64,000 nucleotides of DNA from Octopus sinensis (GCF_006345805.1 NC_043013.1:50034001-50098000); one strand, 5' to 3'. Positions 51,601-58,107 are shown, numbered from the stretch's first letter. Program-made: numbers and translations. Notes: generated by a model not told the origin, from the sequence alone.

Positions 51601-53509
51601 ATGGTTGGGTTGTTAAAAATAATTTGTCAAATTAAAGAAACCAGACAATCTGCCGTTGTCAAAATTTTACTTCAATCCGTACAATCAATTTCTCTTTGTA
51701 GGTGCTTCCTCAACACAAGGACAGAATATGGAGTCAAATAGGAGATCGGAGAAACATATGAGCAGCAGTTCATTGGAAAATTCTGAAACTAATAATTCTG
51801 AAACTGTAAACCAAAGGACCCCACTTAGGCGAAAACGATCTAATGAAGACCTCGAGGAGCCAAAGGCTAAAAGATACCCACAGCCTAATTTTGGTAAAAT
51901 TCAACATTTCTTTACTAATTCATTTTAAATTGCTATGGGCACTGCCTATAATTTTACAATTTTCATACCCATTAATATATAAAGTTTAAATTCCATTTTT
52001 CAAATAATTGCTATTAATTATATTCAATAGATATTTCATTTCATTTAATTATCTGACTATCCTGAATTAGCTAAAATACCGAAGAAGACAATATTCACCA
52101 TCTGAAGATATCAGATCAGGGCCCACAGTAAAGTTTCTATCATCATCATCATCATCATCATCATTGTTTAATGTCCGTTTTCCATGCTGGCATGGGCTGG
52201 ACGGTTTGACTGGGGACTGGCAAGCCAAGAGGCTGCACCAGGTTCCAATCTAATCTGGCAAGGTTTCTACAGCTGGATGACCTTCCTAACACCAACCACT
52301 CTGGGAGTGCACTGGGTGCTTTTTACGTGCCACCAGCACAGGAGCCAGTCAAGCGGCACTGGCATTGGCCATGTTTGGATGGTACTATTTATGGGCTGGT
52401 CATCTGCTCAGTCAGCATATACACAAATTGAGAAACTTTATATGGCAATTATAGGGCTCTAATTCAGTTACAAGAACAACATGTTCTGATGAACAGCAAT
52501 CGTTGCCCTGTTGTTGTGTGAAAGTCTGTATTTGTCATCATCATTGTTCGACCGTGGTCGAGACAATGGAGTTTACCATGCTACGCCAGACTTCACGGTC
52601 CATCATGGCATTACGGAGGTCCTGGTGCTGGATGCCTGTATCCCTGGAGATTACATCAGGGTAGGAGAGTGAGTGTTTGTTTGGTGTTGTTTTGTTGGGA
52701 GCTGACTCTTCTCCATCAGGTGATACCCGTCTGTTAAGATTGAGGGCATCACCATCAATGGATGCCCTTGGAGGTGCAACGTGATCAGTGACAGGACCCG
52801 GCAAAGCAGGGGCTGGACCTACACCCGCAGGTATACCAGTAGGTCTGGTTCCCTGGGGAAGAGGAACTCTGGTGCAGTTAATTGCAAATTCCATGTGTGT
52901 AGTAGTGGCGCGCGCACACATTATTAGCCATTTGAAAAAACTATGGAATTTGCAGTATTTGTAGTTATAATTATTTCTGCCTTTCTTCTTTTGTTAGATT
53001 TCCCAATTTGGTTAGAAGGCTGTAAAGATCTTGAATACAAGGAACTAGCAAGGGGGAAGGAATTGAACATACCGGAACAGTACAATATTGATCCTGATTC
53101 AACAGACTGCAACGTCATGACAGCACGTTGGGGTGAACATCTGGTGTTTAATTACTTATTGCAACAGAAAACCGTAGCTGAGAGTTTTATCTACAGTATC
53201 AGTTGGATGAATGAGATACAAGAGACGGGACAACCGTACGACATAAAAGTTGTACTGAAAAAGACAGATGAAAATGGAAGCCAACGTTTCCACGAGGAAT
53301 ATATTGAAGTGAAAAGTACTCTTTCAGAAAAGAAATCAATTTTTGAAATATCTAACAAAGAATTAGAATTTGCTAATCAAAAACTGGCCAGTTATCATGT
53401 GTACAGAGTTTTCAACGCTGGCAATAGCAGCAATGTCCGGCTACTTAAGATTGAAAATCTTGCTTTGTACATTAAGCAGAAAAAAATACATCTCTGTCTC
53501 ATTATTTAA
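805..53509 (+). CDS. Spliced gene (20 exons in window, 5'-partial): NO VEIN-like / sacsin-related protein with C-terminal DUF3883 (NOV_C) nuclease domain
   Basis: All 20 exons have AG/GT ends and compatible phases, giving one open frame of about 1540 aa ending at TAA 53507-53509. Motifs [44 protein letters not shown] and C-terminal GE..V..YL/W.NE..E.G.PYDI/YIEVKST match NOV-family motifs as I recall them; no search was run. Confidence 0.88.
1270..1604 (+). mobile_element. RTE 3'-UTR repeat
   Basis: Ends ...gcatggaaagcggacgctaaat(gat)n. Confidence 0.85.
1855..2453 (+). mobile_element. RTE 3'-UTR repeat
   Basis: Long UTR copy with (gat)n tail. Confidence 0.85.
2564..2790 (+). mobile_element. 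tRNA-headed SINE family S1
   Basis: A box TGGCAGAAACGTTAG, B box GAGTTCAAATTCC, central GGGGTCGATAAATTAAGTACC, 3' TAGTAAAGA. Confidence 0.85.
2900..3031 (+). CDS. NOV-like exon 2 ([12 protein letters not shown]...KVSAQ)
   Basis: Acceptor ctatttcag, donor gtatga; 132 nt, phase 0-0, no stop. Confidence 0.8.
3057..3152. repeat. (GT)n microsatellite
   Basis: Direct inspection. Confidence 0.95.
3408..3795 (+). mobile_element. tRNA-headed SINE family S2
   Basis: A box TGGCCCAGTGG, B box GTTTCGATTCC; 14-bp TSD CATCACATTCATTT. Confidence 0.9.
4109..4341 (-). mobile_element. SINE S1
   Basis: 14-bp TSD CTTTCAGTTTTCCT (4095-4108 / 4342-4355). Confidence 0.9.
4908..4988 (+). CDS. NOV-like exon 3 ([27 protein letters not shown])
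   Basis: Acceptor tttttttctggtcag, donor gtttgt; 81 nt, phase 0-0. Confidence 0.82.
5139..5185 (-). ncRNA. Minimal type I hammerhead ribozyme, intact core
   Basis: Minus strand reads aaaa-ctgt-CTGACGA-acgggaatgt-GAAA-ctc-c-gag-TA-acag-g-tttt: stems I and II, palindromic stem III, GUA site. Confidence 0.75.
5195..5241 (+). ncRNA. Minimal type I hammerhead ribozyme, U4C core variant
   Basis: aaaa-ctgt-CCGACGA-atgggaacgt-GAAA-ctc-t-gag-TA-acag-g-tttt; predicted cleavage after A5232. Confidence 0.6.
5684..5982 (-). mobile_element. RTE 3'-UTR repeat
   Basis: (cat)n-gtttaacgtccgc start on the plus strand. Confidence 0.85.
6142..6214 (+). CDS. NOV-like exon 4 ([24 protein letters not shown])
   Basis: Acceptor caactttcag, donor gtaaat; 73 nt, phase 0-1; VFAFLPL motif. 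Confidence 0.88.
6300..6950 (-). mobile_element. RTE 3' end including last ORF2 codons
   Basis: Minus reads [20 protein letters not shown], homologous to the end of the 59572 ORF. Confidence 0.88.
7134..7748 (-). mobile_element. Non-autonomous Helitron (family 2) with nested SINE
   Basis: Minus strand begins a|TCTCTATATAT and ends CTAG|t with a subterminal CCCAGCAACGCTGGG hairpin. Confidence 0.65.
7187..7421 (-). mobile_element. SINE S1 nested in Helitron
   Basis: 16-bp TSD AGTGCATGCATATATA (7171-7186 / 7422-7437). Confidence 0.9.
8063..8439 (-). mobile_element. SINE S2
   Basis: 13-bp TSD ATCGTTTTCCATT. Confidence 0.9.
8784..9869 (+). mobile_element. Internally deleted piggyBac transposon
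   Basis: TTAA at 8780-8783 and 9870-9873; TIR CCCTTTCGTTAC/GTAACGAAAGGG; contains a transposase N-terminal remnant. Confidence 0.9.
9063..9540 (+). pseudogene. piggyBac transposase N-terminal fragment
   Basis: Acidic N-terminus, then [21 protein letters not shown]; in-frame stop at 9453; continues [10 protein letters not shown] and, after a frameshift, IIMGIRKLP. Confidence 0.8.
10200..11700 (-). mobile_element. Heavily decayed LINE remnant, split by a SINE
   Basis: Only traces (SPQGTL-like motif near 11470); family not assignable. Confidence 0.3.
10917..11145 (-). mobile_element. SINE S1
   Basis: Full-length match to the other copies. Confidence 0.85.
11852..12058 (+). mobile_element. Second Penelope-like terminal-repeat remnant inside (TA)n
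   Basis: Non-repetitive ~205-bp island between (TA)n tracts carrying a hammerhead-like motif. Confidence 0.5.
11931..11965 (+). ncRNA. Minimal hammerhead ribozyme (extra-A variant)
   Basis: gttt-CTGATGA-a-gagc-tct-gctt-GAAA-cgt-t-aaac: 4-bp stem I, stem II with a G-U closing pair, ACGU palindromic stem III. Confidence 0.55.
12269..12381 (+). CDS. NOV-like exon 5 ([22 protein letters not shown]...EKFK)
   Basis: Acceptor ttttttgtag, donor gtaagg; 113 nt, phase 1-0; completes the QGDF..PS.RE motif. Confidence 0.88.
12548..12707 (+). CDS. NOV-like exon 6 (AHPHFTSPV...[10 protein letters not shown])
   Basis: Acceptor ctcttttctag, donor gtaagg; 160 nt, phase 0-1. Confidence 0.82.
13036..13326 (-). 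mobile_element. RTE 3'-UTR repeat
   Basis: (cat)n tail plus conserved UTR. Confidence 0.85.
13996..14235 (+). CDS. NOV-like exon 7 ([10 protein letters not shown]...FYNSTT)
   Basis: Acceptor gtttttag, donor gtgagt; 240 nt, phase 1-1. Confidence 0.82.
14304..14524. mobile_element. piggyBac-type MITE, second family
   Basis: Ends CCCTTTAG / CTAAAGGG; TTAA on the right, TTTA on the left. Confidence 0.55.
14952..15620 (-). mobile_element. Two adjacent RTE 3'-UTR repeats (14952-15150; 15271-15620)
   Basis: Two (cat)n-started copies; the second is more diverged. Confidence 0.75.
15673..16062 (+). mobile_element. tRNA-headed SINE family S3 (CORE-like segment, internal microsatellite)
   Basis: TGGCTGTGTGG A box, GGTTCAGTCCC B box, CCTTGGGCAAGT, (TAAAAGAG)n tail. 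Confidence 0.85.
16219..16399 (+). mobile_element. RTE 3'-UTR repeat
   Basis: Ends in (gat)n. Confidence 0.85.
16685..16908. mobile_element. piggyBac-type MITE family A copy 1
   Basis: TTAA-CCCTTTTTGTTAC...GTATCAAAAGGG-TTAA; internally similar to the copies at 33140 and 43923. Confidence 0.8.
16990..17196 (+). CDS. NOV-like exon 8 ([16 protein letters not shown]...QKRN)
   Basis: Acceptor ttttgtgttcag, donor gtgagt; 207 nt, phase 1-1. Confidence 0.8.
17308..17530 (+). mobile_element. SINE S3 5' half
   Basis: Head to internal microsatellite only. Confidence 0.8.
17876..18265 (-). mobile_element. Non-autonomous Helitron (family 1) copy 1
   Basis: a|TCTTTATATATAAAAG...CCCAAGCAACGCCGGGCGATACTGCTAG|t; AT target, no TSD. 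Confidence 0.8.
18566..18968 (-). mobile_element. SINE S1 tandem dimer (18566-18749; 18750-18968)
   Basis: Two near-identical units, both missing part of the tRNA head. Confidence 0.85.
19213..19394 (+). CDS. NOV-like exon 9 (KFLPLWNDL...ILQSEDWK)
   Basis: Acceptor ttttttttcag, donor gtttgt; 182 nt, phase 1-0. Confidence 0.82.
19483..19899 (+). mobile_element. SINE S3
   Basis: Full-length match. Confidence 0.85.
20440..21700 (-). mobile_element. Decayed RTE-like LINE 5' part (APE endonuclease + linker)
   Basis: [14 protein letters not shown]...[14 protein letters not shown]...HKNTNRNG resembles the APE GDFNA motif. Confidence 0.6.
22019..22188 (+). mobile_element. RTE 3'-UTR repeat abutting (TA)n
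   Basis: Short 5'-truncated copy with (gat)n tail. Confidence 0.85.
22460..22661 (+). CDS. NOV-like exon 10 ([10 protein letters not shown]...[17 protein letters not shown])
   Basis: Acceptor tttattcag, donor gtaaga; 202 nt, phase 0-1. Confidence 0.82.
23082..23495 (-). mobile_element. SINE S3
   Basis: Full-length, reverse orientation. Confidence 0.85.
23682..24030 (-). mobile_element. Diverged RTE 3'-UTR repeat
   Basis: catcatcat start plus the ctggatgcccttcctaatgcc motif. Confidence 0.7.
24254..24646 (-). mobile_element. SINE S3
   Basis: Full-length, reverse orientation. Confidence 0.85.
24775..24926 (+). CDS. NOV-like exon 11 ([10 protein letters not shown]...[10 protein letters not shown]...NQDNK)
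   Basis: Acceptor ttcttttgtag, donor gtcagt; 152 nt, phase 1-0. Confidence 0.78.
25102..25402 (-). mobile_element. RTE 3'-UTR repeat
   Basis: Very similar to the 13036 copy. Confidence 0.85.
25560..25870 (-). mobile_element. Decayed RTE/BovB-like C-terminal remnant
   Basis: Weak LHRF..CLKQI.I..ITIL-like residues across frames. Confidence 0.3.
27014..28226 (+). CDS. NOV-like exon 12, large internal exon (404 codons)
   Basis: Overlaps the 408-aa ORF 27020..28246; acceptor gtcttttag, donor gtgagt; 1213 nt, phase 0-1. Confidence 0.9.
28633..28863 (+). mobile_element. SINE S1
   Basis: Full-length copy. Confidence 0.85.
28916..29104 (-). mobile_element. RTE 3'-UTR repeat
   Basis: (cat)n tail plus UTR. 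Confidence 0.85.
29822..30037 (-). mobile_element. SINE S1
   Basis: Near full-length copy. Confidence 0.8.
30332..30570 (+). CDS. NOV-like exon 13 ([10 protein letters not shown]...QWKFSQ)
   Basis: Acceptor tttttttttag, donor gttagt; 239 nt, phase 1-0. Confidence 0.82.
30668..31350 (-). mobile_element. Degenerate Helitron-like element
   Basis: Plus strand starts ttagctgagtatcctgtcattgccggg (CTAA end plus hairpin on minus), resembling the other Helitron 3' ends; far boundary uncertain. Confidence 0.4.
31421..31706 (+). mobile_element. RTE 3'-UTR repeat
   Basis: Ends in (gat)n. Confidence 0.85.
31809..32020 (+). mobile_element. Older S1-related SINE
   Basis: Same head and central motif, different tail (gtcccctcc...agaaaggattatt). 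Confidence 0.65.
32295..32678 (-). mobile_element. SINE S2
   Basis: 11-bp TSD ATAATGTTAGT. Confidence 0.9.
32850..33037 (+). CDS. NOV-like exon 14 ([10 protein letters not shown]...CYLSL)
   Basis: Acceptor tttttgtag, donor gtaagt; 188 nt, phase 0-2. Confidence 0.8.
33140..33359. mobile_element. piggyBac-type MITE family A copy 2
   Basis: TTAA-CCGTTTTGTTAC...GTAACGAAAGGG-TTAA. Confidence 0.8.
33671..34061 (+). mobile_element. SINE S3
   Basis: Full-length; ends 130 bp before exon 15. Confidence 0.85.
34191..34387 (+). CDS. NOV-like exon 15 ([10 protein letters not shown]...[10 protein letters not shown]...MDEC)
   Basis: Acceptor ttcttttgcag, donor gtaaat; 197 nt, phase 2-1, matching the phase-2 end of exon 14. 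Confidence 0.78.
34535..35655 (-). mobile_element. R4/Dong-clade element, 5' half (N-terminus to early RT)
   Basis: [22 protein letters not shown] and [20 protein letters not shown] on the minus strand. Confidence 0.75.
35661..35852 (-). mobile_element. 3' end of a further RLE-type element
   Basis: Minus strand reads [17 protein letters not shown] (cf. [10 protein letters not shown] in the 36460 ORF), then a UTR and (TAA)n tail. Confidence 0.65.
36356..38010 (-). mobile_element. R4/Dong-clade RLE non-LTR retrotransposon, 3' half
   Basis: [24 protein letters not shown] knuckle and RKPDIV..IDIVCP endonuclease; (TAA)n tail. Confidence 0.88.
38083..38196 (+). CDS. NOV-like exon 16, linker (ASVKGNMEP...SWPPASS...LEPK)
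   Basis: Acceptor atctttgtag, donor gttagt; 114 nt, phase 1-1. Being symmetric, the frame chain cannot prove it. Confidence 0.6.
38610..38945 (-). mobile_element. SINE S3, head missing
   Basis: Contains a local duplication of acttattctttgtaagccc. Confidence 0.8.
39662..40086 (+). mobile_element. RTE 3'-UTR repeat
   Basis: Ends in (gat)n. Confidence 0.85.
40516..40578. repeat. (TA)n microsatellite
   Basis: Direct inspection; abuts Helitron copy 2. Confidence 0.95.
40579..40875 (+). mobile_element. Non-autonomous Helitron (family 1) copy 2
   Basis: a|TCTTTATATATAAAAC...CCCGAGCAACGCTGGGCGATACTGCTAG|t. Confidence 0.8.
41266..41636 (-). mobile_element. RTE 3'-UTR repeat
   Basis: (cat)n tail plus UTR. 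Confidence 0.85.
41700..42005 (+). mobile_element. Older S3-related SINE
   Basis: Diverged match to S3. Confidence 0.6.
42089..42499. mobile_element. MITE with 29-bp TIR and 8-bp TSD (Merlin-like)
   Basis: TIR GGATCTTTTCGGTTTGAACGGCAGTTTTT at 42089-42117 and its complement at 42471-42499; TSD TGGGTTCT on both sides. Confidence 0.8.
42701..42919 (+). CDS. NOV-like exon 17, linker ([16 protein letters not shown]...NISLH)
   Basis: Acceptor ttcctttttag, donor gtacgt; 219 nt, phase 1-1; Q/E/K-rich. Confidence 0.7.
42979..43710 (-). mobile_element. RTE 3' end including ORF2 terminus
   Basis: UTR plus residues homologous to [14 protein letters not shown]. Confidence 0.82.
43923..44144. mobile_element. 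piggyBac-type MITE family A copy 3
   Basis: TTAA-CCCTTTTGTTAC...GTAACAAAAGGG-TTAA. Confidence 0.85.
44589..45004 (+). mobile_element. SINE S3
   Basis: Full-length. Confidence 0.85.
45230..45600 (+). mobile_element. Older S3-related SINE
   Basis: Diverged match to S3. Confidence 0.55.
45831..47260 (-). mobile_element. Older 5'-truncated RTE copy (ORF2 C-terminus + 3' UTR)
   Basis: ORFs 46439-46663 and 46789-47049 parallel 59572-60198; (GAT)n tail at 45831. Confidence 0.85.
47847..48243 (+). mobile_element. Non-autonomous Helitron (family 1) copy 3
   Basis: a|TCTTTATATATAAAAG...CCCGAGCAACGCTGGGCGATACTGCTAG|t. Confidence 0.8.
48421..49280 (+). mobile_element. Two head-to-tail SINE S3 copies (48421-48905; 48934-49280)
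   Basis: Separated by (AAT)n; the second lacks an internal ~45-nt block. Confidence 0.85.
49496..49573 (+). CDS. NOV-like exon 18, linker ([12 protein letters not shown]...AVDR)
   Basis: Acceptor tttctcttttctcag, donor gtgagt; 78 nt, phase 1-1. Confidence 0.62.
49702..49860 (+). mobile_element. Older S1-related SINE
   Basis: Diverged head plus tttgcctttcgtccttttggggtcaac motif. Confidence 0.6.
49950..50973. mobile_element. RTE copy with inverted RT segment
   Basis: 3' end on minus (49950-50540) joined to an RT piece on plus (50541-50973, NYRGIKLL...AFVDMEKA). Confidence 0.8.
51702..51893 (+). CDS. NOV-like exon 19, linker with basic NLS-like motifs (LRRKRS, PKAKR)
   Basis: Acceptor tttctctttgtag, donor gtaaaa; 192 nt, phase 1-1. 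Confidence 0.75.
52139..52390 (-). mobile_element. RTE 3'-UTR repeat
   Basis: (cat)n tail plus UTR. Confidence 0.8.
52534..52920 (-). mobile_element. 3' end of a second RTE-like family with a GC-rich leader
   Basis: [25 protein letters not shown]-terminus, stop and (TGA)n tail. Confidence 0.55.
52998..53509 (+). CDS. NOV-like terminal exon 20: DUF3883/NOV_C PD-(D/E)xK nuclease domain
   Basis: Acceptor cttttgttag; [12 protein letters not shown]...[16 protein letters not shown]...YIEVKST...[11 protein letters not shown]...[10 protein letters not shown]; stop TAA at 53507-53509. Confidence 0.9.
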
Positions 53510-54248
53510 AAACCATAGAGTTTCTTTATATCGACAGGAAAATTATCTGCAACATTTGTCAGTTCCATAAACTCACACAAACACATATGGTCATGCACAC
53601 ATATAAATATGCAGAAGCAAGTTACCATAGTTTAAATACATTAAGCCTTCACCAGAACTTTTATATGTTGCTTTCAATTCAAACACAAGTATATAAAACC
53701 ATAAAATCCTTTCATGTGTCTAACATTTTTATATAAGATATCTGAATAATTTTTATACAAGATCCTTTGGCGTTTTAAATTTTTTAATCTTCTCAGTGTT
53801 ATATTTAATTGTGATTCTTACTTAAATCATTAGAAATTATTTTATCATCAGTGACTAAGTGATGCGTTGTTTTCAGTGTCACCACATTCCTATTTGCTTT
53901 ACATATGTTTTAACTGTTTGCTCTCTCTGTCTTTCTACATTGAGTGAAGAACAAACAGTGAATGTAACAATAAAAACAAAATTATTGATAACAATGCTTT
54001 CTCAGTATAAATCTTGCAATTGGAAATTCTGATGAAATGTAGGTAATCATCATCATTCGACATTTTGTTTTCATTGCAGGCTTGGGTTGAATAGTTTAGT
54101 AGGAACCGAGATGCCAGAGGACTGTACCGAACTTCGGTATCTGCTTTCGCATGGTTTCTACTGCTGGATGCTTTCTCTAATGCCAACCACTTAACAGAGT
54201 GTACTAGATGGGGTTTCTTTTTTTTTTTTTTTACCAGCATTTTTTTTA

Positions 54249-54643
54249 TAGGCGCAGGAGTTGGCTGTGTGGTAAGTAGCTTGTTTACCAACCACATGGT
54301 TCCGGGTTCAGTCCCACTGCGTGGCACCTTGGGCAAGTGTCTTCTACTATAGCCTCGGGCTGACCAAAGCCTTGTGAGTGGATTTGGTAGACGGAAACTG
54401 AAAAGAAGCCCGTCGTATATATGTATATATATATATATATATGTTTGCGTATGTGTTTGTCCCCCTAGCATTGCTTGACAACCGATGCTGCTGTGTTTAT
54501 GTCCCCGTTACTTAGCGGTTCGACAAAAGGGACCGATAGAATAAGTACTGGGCTTACAAAAGAATAAGTCCCGGGGTCGAGTTGCTCAATTAAAGGCGGT
54601 GCTCCAGCATGGCCGCAGTCAAATGACTGAAACAAGTAAAAGA
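54249..54643 (+). mobile_element. SINE S3
   Basis: Full-length. Confidence 0.85.
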
Positions 54644-54896
54644 GCATCAGTGAGGTCGCCAATTACTCATTAACGAAGACCACTCAACTGAGTATGTAAC
54701 AGTATTGAAGGAGGTGGGCGTATGATGTCTTGCTGAAGATGAAAATACATTACCTCCCCCACTGGAAGGAGAGAGAAAAATGGTGGGGGGGGTATCCTCA
54801 AGTTATAACATGTTTATGAGAGAGAGAGAGAGAGAGTAGGGATAGAAGAACAGAAAGGGTAGGAGGATAGATAAGTTCATGTGAAGGTGAATAGTA

Positions 54897-55268
54897 TAGG
54901 CGCAGGAGTGGCTGTGTGGTAAGTAACTCTTGCTAACCAACCACATGTTTCCGGGTTCAGTCCCACTGCGTGACATCTTGGGCAAGTGTCTTCTGTTATA
55001 GCCCTGGGCCGACCAATGCCTTGTGAGTGGATTTGGTAGACGGAAACTGAAAGAAGCCTGTCGTATATATATATATGTGTATGTTTATGTGCCTGTGTTT
55101 GTCCCCGATGCTGGTGTGTTTACGTCCCCGTCACTTAGCAGTTCGGCAAAAAGAGACCGATAGAATAAGTACTGGGCTTACAAAGAATAAGTCCCGGGGT
55201 CGATTTGCTCGACTAAAGGCGGTGCTCCAGCATGGCCGCAGTCAAATGACTGAAACAAGTAAAAGAGT
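54897..55268 (+). mobile_element. SINE S3
   Basis: Internal deletion after the microsatellite. Confidence 0.82.
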
Positions 55269-56819
55269 ATGATAAATGACTAGCAATAGGGATTGATATA
55301 GATGCAGTAAATATCAATTGAGTTGGGGAATATAAAAATATAACCAGTGCATGAATGAAACCAGCTGATAATGATAGAATGTTCGTTGGGGGTCCATTAC
55401 GCATGAGGTTTTTACCTGTTGTCATGTCACTTTCACTCACTCAGGTAAGTTCAGTACAGGTAAGCAGATGGCACATGGGTGTTTTCATAAATATTTACAA
55501 GATAATAATTCCCGACTATCAATTTTCTATCACAGAACTGAATTTGCATTCCATTAATTTGGAAGTTGCATAACTAACATCAGAAAAGGCATTCTTAGAT
55601 ATGTTTTCGTTTCCTCGATTGATGGTAGTGTTGCCCTATTGACTTGCATACCTTGCCATCACTCATCTTGACAAAAAGTTCATTCAGAAAAAGTTGAAGA
55701 TAATAGTCAATGGGCTTTACTTCTAGGTTCATAGGTTTAATAGGGCCTACATCACTAACAAAAATATTGATGCAATGGTCAACTATATGATAACTCCACT
55801 CTTGCTCAGAATCAGTACTGAAATACCACTTCAAGTTTTCTCCAAGTCCAAGTTGTCTGTAATTAAATTATTAATAAATAAAAATAATATTTACCAAATT
55901 TTGACTCAACATTTGAAGTATTAAATTCAAAAATCAAAGCCACGATAACAATACTCAAAATATATAAGAGACTGGAATTGTAGGCCTGTCTCTTGCAATT
56001 TCGATCAATTGGATCATGTCCTCCCTCTTGTATAGAAGTGTACGGCTGCAGCAAAATTCACTTTTGGACTTTCTTCTATCGAAAGCATTTTAACAAAAAT
56101 GCTTCCGTAAAGACGGTGAAAATATTGTCAGTTTCCCCAAACAGGGACACAATTCAATTTTTAAACAATAACCAAAGCCCCTTCTCCGAAAGGGGGAGGG
56201 TTACGGTTTACAATTATTTAACAAATGCAACACAACAACGTTTCCCTGACGAGGAACCAACAAACGTGATAACAATAGTCAAACAGTAATAATAATAACA
56301 ACAAACCTTTTTTATTTATCCCCATTTATGTGAAACCACTTATTCAAGTTCAAGTCATTGATGCAATTTTATACAAATTGCTAATACACACACATAAGGG
56401 TGAAAAATTGAATATTAATTTGATTACTATGAATTGAAAACCAGTGATATAGCATATAAGACCATAGCGGATCTTCTTCTAGCAAAAAGGATGACCAGTA
56501 TTAATGGCTCATCCCTGTTATATAAATACTTTCACTTTAATTGTTGCACACTTGCAAAGATAAAATAGGAGAAAGTGTGGTGGTAATGGAAGGAGTCAAG
56601 CACTTGAAATGAGAGAGGGAAATCGTAAAATATTGAGTTTTCTCGAATTTTTGCTTAATTGGGAGTGAAATTGAAAAAACTTTACATGCCATGACCCAAT
56701 GAAATCTACTTCGAAAAATCATAGGTAAATTGCAATTGAAGAAATTCTATATTGTACAATTGTATAAAAAACGAACGATTTGGGAGGCAGAGAAAATCTG
56801 CCTTTTATCATAAGAGATA

Positions 56820-56821
56820 AG

Positions 56822-56855
<34 letters not shown>

Positions 56856-57417
56856 GTATGTATATATATATATATGTATGTATATATGTATGTATATATG
56901 TATATTATATATGTATGTATATATGTATGTCTATATATATATGTATATATATGTATGTATATATATATATGTATGTATATATATCTATATATGTGTATAT
57001 ATGTATATATATATATGTATATATATGCATATATATATGTATATATATATATGCATATATATATATATGCATATATGTATATATATATATGCATATATAT
57101 ATATGCATATATGTATATATATATATGCATATATATATATGCATAATGTATATATATATATGCATATATGTATATATATATATGCATATATGTATATATA
57201 TATATGCATATATATATATGCATATATGTATAATATATATGCATATATGTATATATATGCATATATGTATATATATATGCATATATATAATATATATATA
57301 TGTATATATATATATGCATATATATATATAAATGTATATATATGCATATATATATATATATAATATATATAATATATATGTATATATATATATATATATG
57401 CATATATATATATATGC

Positions 57418-57449
<32 letters not shown>

Positions 57450-57491
57450 GCATATATATATATATAAATGTATAATATGCATATATATATA
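56820..57491. repeat. Compound (TA)n/TATG/TGCA microsatellite, ~670 bp
   Basis: Direct inspection. Confidence 0.95.
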
Positions 57492-58107
57492 TCATCATCA
57501 TCATTTAGCGTCCGTTTTCCATGCTAGCATGGGTTGGACGGTTCAACTGGGGTCTGGGGAGCCCGAAGGCTGCACCAGGCCAGTCAGATCTGGCAGTGTT
57601 TCTACAGCTGGATGCCCTTCCTAACGCCAACCACTCCGAGAGTGTAGTGGGTGATTTTATGTGCCACCGACACAGGTGCCGGACGAGGCTGGCGAACGGC
57701 CACGCTCGGATGGTGGTGTTTTTATGTGCCACCGACACAGGTGCCAGACGAGGCTGGCAGACGGCCACGCTCGGATGGTGTTTTTATGTGCCACCGACAC
57801 AGGTGCCAGATGAGGCTGGCGGACGGCACGATCGGATGGTGTTTGTTACGTCCCCAAAGCACGGAGGCCAGTCTATGCGGTACTGGCTACGGCCACGTTC
57901 GGATGATCTTCTTGTGTGCCACCGGCACTGGTACCACAAAGATACAAATTCCATTGATGTTCATCTATTTTGATTGTTTTGATTTGATTTACACTTGCCT
58001 CAACAGGTCTTCACAAGTGTCACAAGAAGGAAGGTATGCACAGGTGGACTGACTACGTCCCAGGTAGGGGCCACGGGTTATGGCCTGACTAGTCTTGCCG
58101 GGTCTTC

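Noticed and set aside
805-53509. Calling the gene sacsin (SACS) or a recent bacterial transfer
   Set aside because: It ends in DUF3883 rather than DnaJ/HEPN, and 19 spliceosomal introns argue against recent horizontal transfer.
55595-55834. Possible decayed piggyBac transposase (GP..P.N...PIDY..LF)
   Set aside because: Resemblance is limited to one short motif and no TIR or TTAA pair was found.
56747-57504. Long Y/I/M/C-rich ORFs (also 61306-61869, 48396-48898, 40327-40639)
   Set aside because: Translation artefacts of TA/GT microsatellites.
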